Shown: positions 51,601 through 63,930, numbered from the stretch's first letter. The stretch: DNA of 64,000 nucleotides from Neoechinorhynchus agilis (GCA_051530055.1 CM121341.1:1240001-1304000); one strand, 5' to 3'. Notes: generated by a model not told the origin, from the letters alone. A program made the numbers and translations.

Positions 51601-52755
51601 ACGAAGTATTGAACAAGACCGAACGCCGCTAACGTCAAATAAACAACAATCGAGTTGTGCGCACGCTTAGCGACGTAGTGAACAAGACCGAACGCCGCAA
51701 CGTCACAGAGACAAAAACAGCGTTGTGCGCGCTAAAAGACGTAGTTGGAGAGACATTACGTCGCAAACGTCAGATACACAACAACATCCTGGCGTTCACG
51801 TTTAACGAAGTATTGAACAAGACCGAACGCCGCTAACGTCAAATAAACAACAATCGAGTTGTGCGCACGCTTAGCGACGTAGTGAACAAGACCGAACGCC
51901 GCAACGTCACGGAGACAAAAACAGCGTTGTGCGCGCGCTGAAAGACGTAGTAGACGAGACATTACGTCGCAAACGTCAGATACAAAACAACATCGTTGTG
52001 TTCACGTTTAACGAAGTATTGAACAAGACCGAACGCCGCTAACGTCAAATAAACAACAATCGAGTTGTGCGCACGCTTAGCGACGTAGTGAACAAGACCG
52101 AACGCCGCAACGTCACAGAGATAAAAACAGCGTTGTGCGCGCTAAAAGACGTAGTTGGACGAGACATTACGTCGCAAACGTAAGATACACAACAACATCC
52201 ATGTGTTCACCTTTAACGAAGTATTGAACAAGACCGAACGCCGCTAACGTCAAATAAACAACAATCGAGTTGTGCGCACGCCTAGCGACGTAGTGAACAA
52301 GACCGAACGCCGCAACATCACAGAGACAAAAACGGCGTCTTGCGCGCTAAAAGACTTAGTGGACGAGACATAACGTCGCAAACGTCAGATTCACAACAAC
52401 ATCCTTGTGTTCACGTTTAACGAAGTATTGAACAAAACCGAACGCCGCTAACGTCAAATAAACAACAATCTAGTTGTGCGCACGCTTAGCGACGTAGTGA
52501 ACAGGACCGAACGCCACAACGTCACAGAGACAAAAACAGCGTTGTGCGCACGCTTAGCGACGTGGTGGACAAGACCGAACGCCGCAACGCCACAGAGACA
52601 AAAACAGCGTTGTGCGCGCGCTAAAAGACGTAGTGGACGAGACATTACGTCGCAAACGTCAGATACACAACAACATCCTTGTGTTCACGTTTTACGAAGT
52701 ATTGAACAAGACCGAACGCCGCTAACGTCAAATAAACAACAATCGAGTTGTGCGT
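36700..52755 (+). repeat. 206-bp CpG-rich tandem satellite (~78 units); each unit is a 69+68+69 trimer
   Basis: The period is 206 in clean stretches (e.g. 49499 to 49705 to 49911). The three sub-monomers align to each other. The array is indel-rich left of ~45600 and homogeneous to the right. Confidence 0.98.
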
Positions 52756-52910
52756 TTCGAACTTCGCCGGGTTCATCATTGGTTCTAAAATATAAGTAGT
52801 TAAATTGTTATTCGGCTCTCGCACGCGCTAATGGTTGATTGTTTTGTTTCACTTATTATCTATGCAGACCGAGTTTGTATTCTCGTTAATGGTTTCGGTT
52901 CTGTTATTTT
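52753..52910 (-). mobile_element. Penelope-like 3' UTR fragment fused to the satellite end
   Basis: It matches 24705-24870 in reverse orientation and terminates at GAAGTTCGAAACG, sharing CGT with the satellite. Confidence 0.75.
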
Positions 52911-52938
52911 CACGAATAATTCGTGTAATCGCTTTTGG

Positions 52939-55900
52939 GACCAAAAAGTAAACGATCAATTCATCAACTAAACCCGTTTCGATCGATTTTAAAGGTATAA
53001 AAATCGTCTCAAAAACAAGGATGTAAAAAAGTTACAATGCGATAATTCAAGCTGAAACTGGTCGCTCGAATATCGCCGTTCTTGTTATTACATTCATGGT
53101 TGCCAGTATAAATGCATTATTTTTAGTTAATAAACTTGGATGCTTTAATTTCCAATATCGATTTTATGCCCACATTGTTTTGTTCCATTGACCGAAAAAT
53201 GGAATTTATTTTTGTGATATTGGACAAAAACATTTTTATAAAATGTAAGACCGTAAATGCTGCGTAGCTTCATTGGAATTCAGAAAATTCCGTTATGATG
53301 GTTTTTTTAATTTTACGCAAAAAAATCGCAATCACTATTTCACGTTAACAAAAATTCTCTCGGTGGTCTTTATAAGTAATTCTCAGCGAGACGAGCTACG
53401 TAGAATGTATTGAAAGATGAGATTATTGATTGGCCCTATCACAAGTCTTCGTACGCAAATTTGACCTTTTACCTTAATGTTTTCTAAATTTTTATTTGAC
53501 GACTTCGTAAACGAAAATAAGAAGATAAGTTTTGCACAAAATAGGTCCTATAATTTATTATCAGCAGGACGCTTTGCACTAGATTTTCGATGCATGAACT
53601 TAAAAGGTCATCTTTGTGGTTCATGGTTTCTTTTTCTTCGGGAACAGAAAGTGTTTTTGCAAACACTTTGCCCTTGAACAATATAAAATTGTTCAAATGC
53701 TACGAATATAATTTTGATGAACGTATCACAAGAAATGAAATTGAGCGAACATTCCCAAATTTCTTACATATTTATGTTTATACTCCATTGCAAATAAGCG
53801 TTTTATTACAAAATCAGTAAAATTTGTTTCTCTTATAATAATTTTTTTCACCTAACCGGTTAAAAATTTCGTCATACTTTAATACTAAAACGATTGAGAA
53901 CCCTAATCACTTTCGAAATAAAGAGCAATGACTGCGGAATTTACGACCCTTTTGGCCAACACTGGAGATTCTTATATGTTAAAACAAAGCATAATTTACA
54001 TCGCATTTTTATTTTATTAATTTATCGTATCATTTTAATCTTAGCTGACAATGAATTTTTAACTGCTTTCAATTTTCCGTCAGATTGTTTGAATCCTTAG
54101 CTTGCTATCTTATGTTCTAAAAATATTGTTTTTAAGAATGCTTCATTAATCTAACATAACTGTGAACATATTTTAATCCTTGAGATGTTGCTAAAGTAGA
54201 ACTTGCAAGCGTCAAGCATTCAAATTAAAGTCGTAGATTCTCCATTAAATTCAGAAGAGATACAGGAAAACTCAATGAATAAATTATATTCGTAATGTCG
54301 TGTTTCCATAAAATGAACTTCCAAGACGCTATTTAAGAAATAATGTCGCAATATTCTCACAAAACATTTTAGCATGAAAAGTGGTGCCAAAAAGCATCAA
54401 TTGGAAATCGATTATTCGTGCAATTATATTGTTGGCTTTGGTTACAATTAGTTTTATGGTGTGCATCGTAACTCTCATTAAACCTAGAAAGGCATGAAAC
54501 AAAAATAAAATAGAAATTGTGTCGAACGGATTTGATTTGAAACCATTTTCCTAGAAAAACGAATCGTTCGATCAATTTGATTAACACAATTACACAATTC
54601 AGCCAGTAGGAAAGTATTACGGCTTCGCATTAGCTATTTATTTGGTCTTATTGAGTTTCACATGGCCTCAAAATAGTATAAACGTTTTGTATTTTCGCTT
54701 ACTGAAACCACACTCATTTGAAATTTCAGTAGAAATATTATTGGCGCATGAAGCATTAAATACTTCGCGGCCGCCAATGAGATCAAAGAAGCGTTGCAAG
54801 CACTGACAATTAAATTTTAATAGTTAACTTTCTGCTATGTAATTCATTCAAAGAAAAAAATTCGATTGTTCCTTGCGTTGCGCCTTAATCCTTAACTTTT
54901 AAAGTAAGGCAAATATAAGCGCAAGCGAGGCGAGGCCAATACATGGCACGAAAAAATAGTTAGAAAAATCGTTCAGTAACATTGACATTCAGAGTCAAAT
55001 ACACAAAAGTTTGTCATACAAAAAACCGAATAGCACGGTACAAAATCGGGTTTTTCGCTTTGCAGTGATCCTACGGTAAAAACCACTTGTACTGAATTTG
55101 AAGGAAATTTACAATTGCGTAAAATTTTTTATTTTCGAATACTGTTCCGATCAAAAAAAATTGCATGTCTTTTTAAAAGCAAAATTTTGTTTTATGAATA
55201 ATGCGGCTGGAAAATCAAGTAGTATTTCACAAGGCTAACGTCCAAAGCAAATAATATTTTGCATTACAGAAGGTTGTTGGGTAGAAAACAAGCTGTTAAA
55301 AAAGGTAGTATTTTAATTTCCTAAACGAACATAACCGGCTTTCAAAAGTTCAAACTTTTTATGTTCTTTAACGCCCGTTAATTTACAATATTACTAGCTT
55401 TTGTTTTGCAAAACATTTGCTCATTACAAAGTCGTGACACACGAAAAGATTAACACTTGCATATTCTAAAGGAAGAAAACATTGTGGAAAACACAACCAA
55501 GGAGCTCCCACGAAACTGTATTAGCGATGTGTACAAAACAAGCTCATTCGTCAAATCATTGTTTCTAAGCCATAGGTATATATATGCGCTCTGAAAAATC
55601 CCGGATCATTCGTCTTAGTCAAGATAGAACGCGACACTTTTATTAAATTTCCGAATTCTATTCATTAAACCAAACATTTAGTTTCACCAATGGATACCGC
55701 AGTATATGACATTCTTCGATGCCTCCTTGACCGAGTGGAAAATCTGCAACAAAATCCAGGCTCCGTAGTCGATCCTTCAAACGTTCGCATACCGGCGAGT
55801 TCTCATGTAACAGGGAGATCAGGGCAACAAATTGGAGCGAGGGATTCAAATGATAGTCGACTCAATCCACCAGCAAATCAAAATGAATTGGCCGATCTTC

Positions 55901-56630
55901 CTGGTAATCGCAATGATTCACCGAGAATTACAAACCAGTTTCCTGCCAGTGTTCCAGCTCCACAAGTGAATGTAATGAACGAGCTTATGGCTAGCATGAG
56001 ATCAGTCGCTCCAATAATCGCTGCTTCCCTTCCAGCGTTATTTGATTTTGTGAATCGATCTTCGGACACTGCTCAAAACAATGATCAAAGAATAGCTTCT
56101 ACGGCGACGCAAAACGCTCAACGATTAATTGGACGAAATGTGCCCAGAATTGAACAACCATCAGGATACAGTGAACAATCCTGGCTTGTAAAAGAGCTTG
56201 ACAACATGATTCGACGGGAAGCTACAAATTACAATAACGCCGGGATCCTTGGACTTGAAATTGTCAATGAGTTTTTACATTCACAACGCGGCTTAGAAAA
56301 CATTCCTTCGCGTTTGCTTAAAAGCAAAACAGGAAAACCTTGTCTTCTTTGTGGCACCAATGAATGTGTTTCCTGGTATTACAAACAAGAAAAAGTCTTG
56401 TGTGCCAAATGTGCAAATTCCCTCTTCAAAACGGCCGAAGATTAAAATAAAAAGATGGTGGTAATCGCGGTCGAAATGCAAACACCGAATACATATCGGC
56501 TTGTCAGAGTTCTCCAAAGTATCGAAAGCAAAGCAACGAGACAATCAGCTGCAAAAGATTCTATGGAACGAAAAGTTCTTGGTATCGCTGTTATAATCTT
56601 CTTTTTGTGCACGAATTGTCCACCTCAAGT
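52939..56630 (+). repeat. Segmental duplicate C (inverted partner of A)
   Basis: Several spurious ORFs translate identically in A and C (30346-30576 with 53590-53820, and 30066-30272 with 53894-54100). Confidence 0.9.
55690..56630 (+). pseudogene. Multi-zinc-finger gene, copy C; 5' 251 codons open, then premature stop, frameshift and truncation
   Basis: It contains the finger CLLC-X16-CAKC. TAA at 56443-56445 corresponds to TCA in copy A, and a degenerate second finger follows. Confidence 0.75.
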
Positions 56631-56899
56631 TGCATATGAATAAAGAACTTTTATTATGTTATTTTCGAACTTACGATTTATCGATATGTGCTGTAAGAAT
56701 TCTTTTACCCAATTTATCAACGAAAAAGTCGAAGAATATTGAACGTGGCCGATTGAAATTAAAGTAGAATAATTTCCCTAGCAACGGTTACTGATTCAAT
56801 TTTAAATGCATTGTCGTCCTTTTTTAGGCGTAATTGCAAATTTGAGAAAAAATGATGTTGAAAACATGCACAGTAAAGCGCATTTTCTTGGACGACGTA

Positions 56900-57310
56900 T
56901 CATGTTGAATATTTATAAAAATTTAATTTATTCAACAAGAAAAGTGAATTTTAGGAAAATTCACATTCATCGAGAATATTCTGATATTACCGCTTTAATG
57001 GTAAAATCAGCAACAAAAAAAGAACTTGAAAAGGTTGGATTACTTTAACCAATCAGCATCATGTCCTCGATTAAAGGATCTTTTAAAGGAAGCTAAAATA
57101 TTAAAGAAGCTTGACCACTTTAGTGTTTGTGTATTTGACAGCAGTGCAATAGTCGATGGACGATTAATACTTTCATATTATCCAATCGGGTGGCCATTGA
57201 GTCTTATTTTGGTGGATTCTATGATTAGCGTACCACCATCAATTTTGCGAAATTTTACATTTCAAATAGCTGATGGTCTTCCTTATCTTCATTCAAAAGA
57301 AATAATTAGT
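56900..57310 (+). pseudogene. Protein kinase fragment (tyrosine-kinase-like, roughly subdomains II-VIa)
   Basis: A 43-bp intron (57034-57076) joins SATKKELEK to DLLKEAKILKKLDH. FQIADGLPYLHSKEII is then cut just before HRD by RTE sequence. Confidence 0.7.
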
Positions 57311-58590
57311 GAGCTTTCCAACTGGTCTCCTGCACTCCCGCTATGCCGATCCTTCTCATCAACTATTTCTCGACTCCTTCCCGTCATCGATCCCACATTT
57401 AGCGTTGCTATTCTTAGGTCGCTTGTGTAGAATAATTTCTTTAGCCGAAACCGTCCATGCCTCGGTAGCCTTTGATGATTTAACACAAGCTCCAGGCGAA
57501 GAACTTGCGCGTCGTAGCCTTAGTGCTTTGGTTGATTCGGTTGTTGGTTGTCATTTGGGTCAAAATTTGGCAAGAATTTTACAGCTGGATGCCCTTCATG
57601 ACGCCAACCCTCCTCCTTTTTCAGCCGGGCTTGGATTGTCCTTGGCGAGCAAAAAACCTAACACATTTCACAAGAGGTGCGCTCAAATCTGTTCCTCCGA
57701 ACTCCTGCCCTTAGAAGAACTAACTTCTCTAATCTTTCAAAAGCACTCAAAAGCGCTTTCATTATCCTCCGCTCGCGTCGCCCCAACATTTTCCATCCTT
57801 CATTTCCTCGCACAAACCTCTACCTTCGATCCTTCTTCCCCGCTGCTTAATCCTCCAAATGCAAATTGATTCGAAGGAAGGAATGGAAGACTTCATATTC
57901 TCACGCTTTTCCCTCTTTCGAGAGGTTGCGGGTCCTAATATTACATCTATTTGGTGAAAAATGTTGAGTCCAATTTAACTTCGATCTTGATTTACACAAT
58001 CCACCCAACGCTTCTTGAGTCTTCCTCTGCGCCGCCTTTCCAATATCCTCTATGCTTATATGCCTTCTCTCGCTATTCATAACCTTATTGAACAACCGCA
58101 ATCTTCTTTGAGCTATCAATTCGGTGCATCGGTTCCCTAGCATCCTTCTAATATCCTCGTTTCTTTTCCTATCCCTGAATGTGAAGCCAGCTGCCCATCT
58201 CAACATCCTCATTTCATTCGATTCTAATCGACTGAGGTCGTCTTTCTTGGTCGTCCACGTCTCTGCGGCGTACAACATTGTTGGTCTCACTACAGTCTCG
58301 AATACTCCAATCCTTTTGGCTTTAGCCCGATCCTTTTATCACATACAGAATACGGTTGACATTTTTATCCAGTTGTGCCATCGGCTTTGTATTCGGGGAG
58401 TTATTTTAGGTTTGAGAGAGTTGGCCATACTGACCTTGCTACCAAGATATTGAACTGACGCTTTTAATGTTAATTGTTTGGCATCTCATTCTAGATCCTC
58501 CGAACCTGTATTCGCTCTGCTTACTTTGATTCCGTTGCTTTCCAATCTCTCACGCCACCCTTCCAGTCTTTGCATAGCTAAAATCTCGAG
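57300..58590 (-). mobile_element. RTE-clade LINE fragments (RT C-terminus followed by a 5' region and endonuclease start)
   Basis: RPTMLYAAETWTTKK..EMRMLRW..DRKRNEDIR lies at 57901-58290, KYLGS near 58440, and LRIATLNVGSMTGRSRE at ~57330-57420. Confidence 0.8.
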
Positions 58591-58596
58591 ATGTCC

Positions 58597-59045
58597 AGTA
58601 GGCCCAGATGGGATAATGGCAGAGGTACTGAGGTTTGAATCTATTGCTAGAAAAATCATACCGATAATGAATGGCATAATGAATGGTGGCTCAGTACCTC
58701 AAATCTGGCAAACGGCGCATTTAAGAATGATCCCCAAGAAATGCTGCTCGGCAAAGGTGGAGGACTACAGAGGTATATCCTTGATGTCGAACACGGCAAA
58801 ATTCTTCAGCAGCATTTAGCGACGCCGAATTCAGCCAATCCTCGAACCGTTTCTCAAGAATTGAGCAGAACGGCTTCAGGAAAGGTCGAGGCACCACATA
58901 GCACATATTGGCTTCGAGGAGGATCCTCGAGGAGGCACGAATTCATCAAACGGATGTGACGCTGGTATTTGTTGATTTCCGTCGAGCTCTCGATTCGGCA
59001 AATCGAACGATGATTGGCGGTATCTTAAAGGAGTACGACCCGAAT
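58597..59045 (+). mobile_element. LINE RT N-terminal fragment
   Basis: GPDGIMAEVL, IPKK..DYRGISLMS, LRRILE and VFVDFRRALDS are present, with frameshifts. Confidence 0.8.
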
Positions 59046-59114
59046 AGAGAGAAGCTTAAGAAAGTGTGTGTGTGTGATATCGATCAAAAGACTACCGGTT
59101 GAGCCACGCATAAG

Positions 59115-59650
59115 AATGTTAAAATCGGAAATGTCCGTTGCGAATTTTTAAAAAGGTTCTTTGTAGAAGAAAATACTACAAACCCATGTAAATCTTTAAA
59201 ATAAAACGTGAAATATCCATTGTGTAATTTAAAGTCTCTTCGTAGACTAAAATGCTATAAAGCCAAGTTAATCTTTAAAATGAAAAGTGAAATGTCCGTT
59301 GCCTAATTTAAAAAAGGTTCTTTGTAGACGAAAATACTATAAATTCAAGTAAATCTTTAAATGAAAAGTGAAATCTCTGCTGTGTAAGCCTAAAAAAGAT
59401 TGTTTGTTGACGAAAATACTATAAAACAATGTAAAACTTCAAAATAAAACGTGAAATTTCCATCGTGCTAGTTCAAAAATATATTTTGTTCAAGGAAAGG
59501 CCATATACCTAAATAAGTCTTTAAAATGAAACGTGAAATGTCCGTCGCGTAATATCAAAAATATATTTTGTTGACGAAAAGACTATAATCCAAAGTCAAT
59601 CTTTAAAATAACACGTTAAATGTCCGTTGTGTTAGTTTAAAAATATGTTT
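59115..59650 (-). repeat. ~82-bp minisatellite, about 6 copies, inverted relative to 23350-24460
   Basis: It is the reverse complement of the same unit (GAAATGTCCGTTG..TTCTTTGTAGACGAAAATACTATAAA..AAATCTTTAAAATGAAAAGT). Confidence 0.88.
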
Positions 59651-60576
59651 TCTTTACGGTCGGGGCACTTTTTAATCCATGATGTCCCTATTCCTGGTAG
59701 CCGTTCCACCTGGGCAACAGGTAATCATCGCTACTAAAGATATCGTTGACCGAGAAACGGATTACCATGCCCTAAAAATCATCGTGTTTGTCAATTTCCT
59801 TCGTATTTCGGCTTGATTACAGAAAAAATAGGACCTTAACACCATCGGCAATGAACGTCGATTCGTAACTGCTATTATAAATCTCTAAGCCCGAGACGCA
59901 ACAATCCTGTGAAACGAAGTTCAGAAAATGTTGGGATATCATCCGTAAGTGTCCTTGTCCAAGGTGAAACATTCGGGTTGGATTTATTCAAGATGATACG
60001 GGACTATCTTAATACCGGAGCCTCTAGGAACATTGTTCCTATCGATTCTCTTGGTTGATTTGTTGCATCGTTGGCAGTTGCCAAAGCAAGCTTTTTGAGA
60101 GTTTCTGGAGCTATTGGAATCTTTAGGGTATTGGGTGACCGTTTGCCACCCTCCGTCGCAAAAACTGATTGCAAGGGAGATATTTTTGTACTTTTTAACA
60201 ACGTATTAAGAATACGCCTTCGATCTGCACTTGGGAATTGTATTTTAAAAGTACAATTTAATGGGACTTATCTAAATTCTCAGGGTAATATTTCTGATAC
60301 AAAGTAAAGAATCCGCAAGGTTTACATTGCTCAATAAAATCCTTCTGCAATGAAATGTTATAGTCCGACTTCATTCATTGAAGATGTCCCGCTATGCCCA
60401 TTATTTTGCAACGTAAAATATCGCCGCTGCTATTTGTCAGCAATAATGTTTTTACAGGTAAATTGGCGATTTTATACAAGCAATCTAAAAAGCGAAAGAT
60501 TTTCTTAGACGCGAGGGTCAAGGAGATTGCTCTTTATCTGCAGCAAACGACATAAATGCTAAATACAATGCGCCAT

Positions 60577-61829
60577 TGACTTACCATACTCCTGGCAGAA
60601 TTCCAAGCGTGTTAGAAATACCCCAGATTATGCCAGCAAATCTTGGTGCCATGTCGTTGGCACTGCAATACATCCCACCTCCTGTATTAAATTCTGTCGT
60701 TGCCAAGACCAACGTAAACAGCAGGGTACCGGCCCAAGTTGTTTTACCAGTCAAAAATCCTGTAAGGAATATGAAAATTCCAGGTAGAAAGTTTCAAAGT
60801 GCTGTAAAGACTTCTTGGGCCATTGTACGATCATTAGTTCCGGCGTTAATAAGTTTATCACACGTCACTCCGCAGATCAAAGTCATTAGCTAGTAGAAGA
60901 TATAAGGTACCGAACACAGAAATCCGCTTTTCTTAACGTTGCAATTCAGAACGTCCTTGCTGTACGTACTTATGTTTGTTAAAATAGTAAAAAATCCAAC
61001 AATTTGAAAAAATGGGATGTAAACATTCCCCAACAAGGGATCGATGTAAATATGGCCCTGTACGGAACCTTTGGAGCGTCGCCACTTGCTGAGGAGATTG
61101 GCTTGTTTTGGCAAATATACTCGAGTTCTCGTTTTGGGATAAAGTGATGATCTTCTTGGCCAGAAGCACCCATGTAATCGTCCAGATTATCCCAAAGATG
61201 CCAGACACATAGAAAAATAGTGACTACCTGTCCAAGAACGATTGCTCAAAAAGGATGGCGGATAGCGGAAGAGCGACAAGTGTGCCCAATTTTCCCCGGA
61301 ATTGCTTATAGCAATTAATTGACTTCTTTCCTGAGCAGGAGCCCATTCACTAAGTAAATGTAAGAGCGCAGGTCAGTTGATGCTTGCCAGCAATCCCAGA
61401 AAAAAAACGAAACAAAAACATTACAACTGGACTTATGGTGGCTGCGAATGGCGCCGCCAGAGTACACAAAGAGCTTCCGGTTACTGATATTATCAACACT
61501 TGTTGAGGTCCGAGTTTGTAGGCTAAGACGCCTCCAATTACCTGAGTTAAAAGATATTCGCAAAACCACGCTGACTAGATGTATCCTTGGACTTTCCTAT
61601 TCCATTCAATTACATTCTTATTGGAATAGTTCAGCTCTTGATATCGATCTTTGGCTTCATTGAAAGCGACGTTGGCCAAGTTTGCTTTATGCGTCATACT
61701 AACTATCGCCTGAGTAAGATTTACTCGTTGGAGATAGTTAACAACCAAGCATAAACATGCCAGGATGGCGATCATCAACCTGGTTGAGCAAAAGAGTCGA
61801 GGAGCAGGAGCGTTTCTATTTTGATTCAT
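60577..61829 (-). pseudogene. SLC17 / anion-cation symporter (MFS) pseudogene
   Basis: Recognisable segments are QRVNLTQAIVSM, QGYI*SA..YLLTQVIGG, WAPAQERSQLIAI, LGTLVALPLS, VPYRAIFTSIP and DMAPRFAGIIWGISNTLG. There is an in-frame stop at 61575-61577, further stops and several frameshifts. Confidence 0.85.
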
Positions 61830-63124
61830 CTATAAATGCGAATCTACAGGAAAAATTCGTAAAGATTTTTAAGTTCGATTTTGATATACCGATGTCATCG
61901 TCGCTCTTTTCTCTGTAGAATGAAGTGATTGCTGTGAATCGACGAAAAGTAATTTGTGGGTTGAGTTCACAGTGGCACAAAAATTTCTCAGAGAGAAAGT
62001 TTTCACAATGAGAGTTCGTCAGCGAAAATCGATACTCATTAGATGTATTAAAAAAATGAGCCTTGCCTTTACTCGCAAAGGAAAATCTCTTGGGCTCTAT
62101 TCAATTGATGATCTCGTCAATACAAACATTACCTTCAAAGTTGCGACGAATTAAGAAAATAATATTTTTTTGAAAATAATTATAATGTTGCTGTTTATGG
62201 ATATGGGCTAAATCAGTAAGCTTGAAGGAAACCGGTCAATCCGCTAATCAAGTTTTTTAACTTTTGTTGGATGCCGGCTAAACCGCTTCAAAGCAAAACG
62301 ATAGAATGGAACTTAAAATCGCAGAAATTCGGATGGAATAACGAACTTGATAACATAAAAGATATTTTTATTAAAATAAGAAATATCACCTAAATGCCGT
62401 ATTGATTTGGTTTTCAGATATAAAGTTTTTTGAGAACAGGATCGCTGATGATGCAATCGAAGTTCAGATCGCTCGGTTAAAGGATTTCGGGTAAGATGAA
62501 CGGAGCTTAAAATGTTCGGTAAAAAATATGAAACGTTAAAGACAATAAAACGCAAATAAAATACTACGCTTGAACTAATTGACTGGTATGAATATGGAGA
62601 CAATTTATTATTCATCGAGAGAAATTCCTCCGGGATGATAGAGCAATTCAATACAAAACAACCAATATGTTTTTAGAAAGGATTTATTCGGGGTTTTTCA
62701 AAATGGGAGCGGTACTATGCAAATATTTACAGTTGAATAAACCCGTGGCAGAAGGATAGCGCCTTGAACTACAGAGGTTTTCAGTATTTCGTAATTTTGT
62801 TGGAATATTGAAGTCTTGTTAGAAACGTGTGGATTTGATTTTTATTATTATCGCAAGAGTAAAAAAAGTAAGAAAAATTTACAGCGCATTTTATAAATAT
62901 AGAATTCAATTAGCTTTGACGGTTTCAAAAGAAACGCACTCTTTTTGTTACAATTTCACCAAATTTTTATTAAAAAGATTTCACTGTAAGCTCGGCGGTG
63001 CTTTACTTGTCCAGTTCGTCCAAGGAACACCTCAGATTAAAACCACCGCATTTTAAAGAGAAGCTTGCATGAAAGTATTTCTTTATAACTTTTATTAGGA
63101 ATTTGGATAATTGGTTGCACAGAT

Positions 63125-63930
63125 TTAATCATCTTCCTCGTCTTCAGACACGTATAATCCCATTGAGGAAAGCATGGTACTGACTGGGTTCACGGTGTAA
63201 CTCTCATTTGCAACACTAAGTGATTCCAACAAATTCTTGAGTGCCTCGCATTCATCCGGATCCTCGAGCTCGGAATCGTTTTCAGAATCCGATGACTGTG
63301 ACGAACTGGTACATAACAACATTTTGTCTATACTCTTTAAAATCTCATTTCCGTCAATAGAAGGACAATCGTTCTTCATACTCCAAGGTTCCTCGGCACC
63401 TTCCATCAATCCACTTCTGCCCTTGACAAAGTCACCGATCGCCTTTGGTATAAGATCAGGTTGAAATCTTACGTTAATGGAAGATGTCACGTATTCTTCA
63501 TGAAGCTCCGGTACAACGCCAAGTTGGTTTACGCAATCCATCTTAGGTGCTTTAAGCCAACCGCAGTACAGCTTGGCGCTAAGTGTTCCCTCTGACGAAG
63601 TACTTTGATAAGTATTCCAAGGAACGGCCGATGCGCTCCGGGCTGCATTGACTTTGGAATATAGCATTTTGTGAATGCATACCATTATTTTTTTCAATTC
63701 CGGTTGCTTGCCCGCTTCAAAAGTGACCGTGCAAGTGTTTGGATTGTCTAAAAAGTGGTGGCATATTGACGACAGAGAAATTTTATTCTGTTGAATCTCG
63801 TTTGCCATTTTTACAGGGCATGTGATTTCAAACGATTTCGAACAGCATCTCGGATCTGTGTATTTGAATATTTTTGCTTTTATATTAAAAGGGAATCGAT
63901 TATTAAAAGGTATTGAGCAAGCAGTTGATC
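63125..63930 (-). CDS. ECD: Ecdysoneless (ECD, SGT1-domain) homolog, C-terminal portion; 5' end probably upstream or off-window
   Basis: VCIHKMLYSKV resembles VTFTKCLYAQL, LSAKLYCGW resembles LGMKLAHGF, DFVKGRSGLMEGAEEP resembles AFISKVSTHKGAELP, and KNLLESLS..PVSTMLSSMG resembles SNILESYS..PASNLLQSMG. The frame stays open ~40 codons upstream of Met 63808. Confidence 0.7.

Noticed and set aside
36700-52755. CRISPR-like regularity
   Set aside because: There are no unique spacers and no cas genes. It is a pure tandem satellite in eukaryotic DNA.
45472-52799. Repeated 68-aa minus-strand ORFs (MSRPLRLLARAQRCFCLCDV...) chained by TAATG stop-start overlaps
   Set aside because: They follow from the 206-bp period and an A-poor strand that rarely makes stops. 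Many units have frame-breaking 1-2-bp indels and there is no codon-level conservation.
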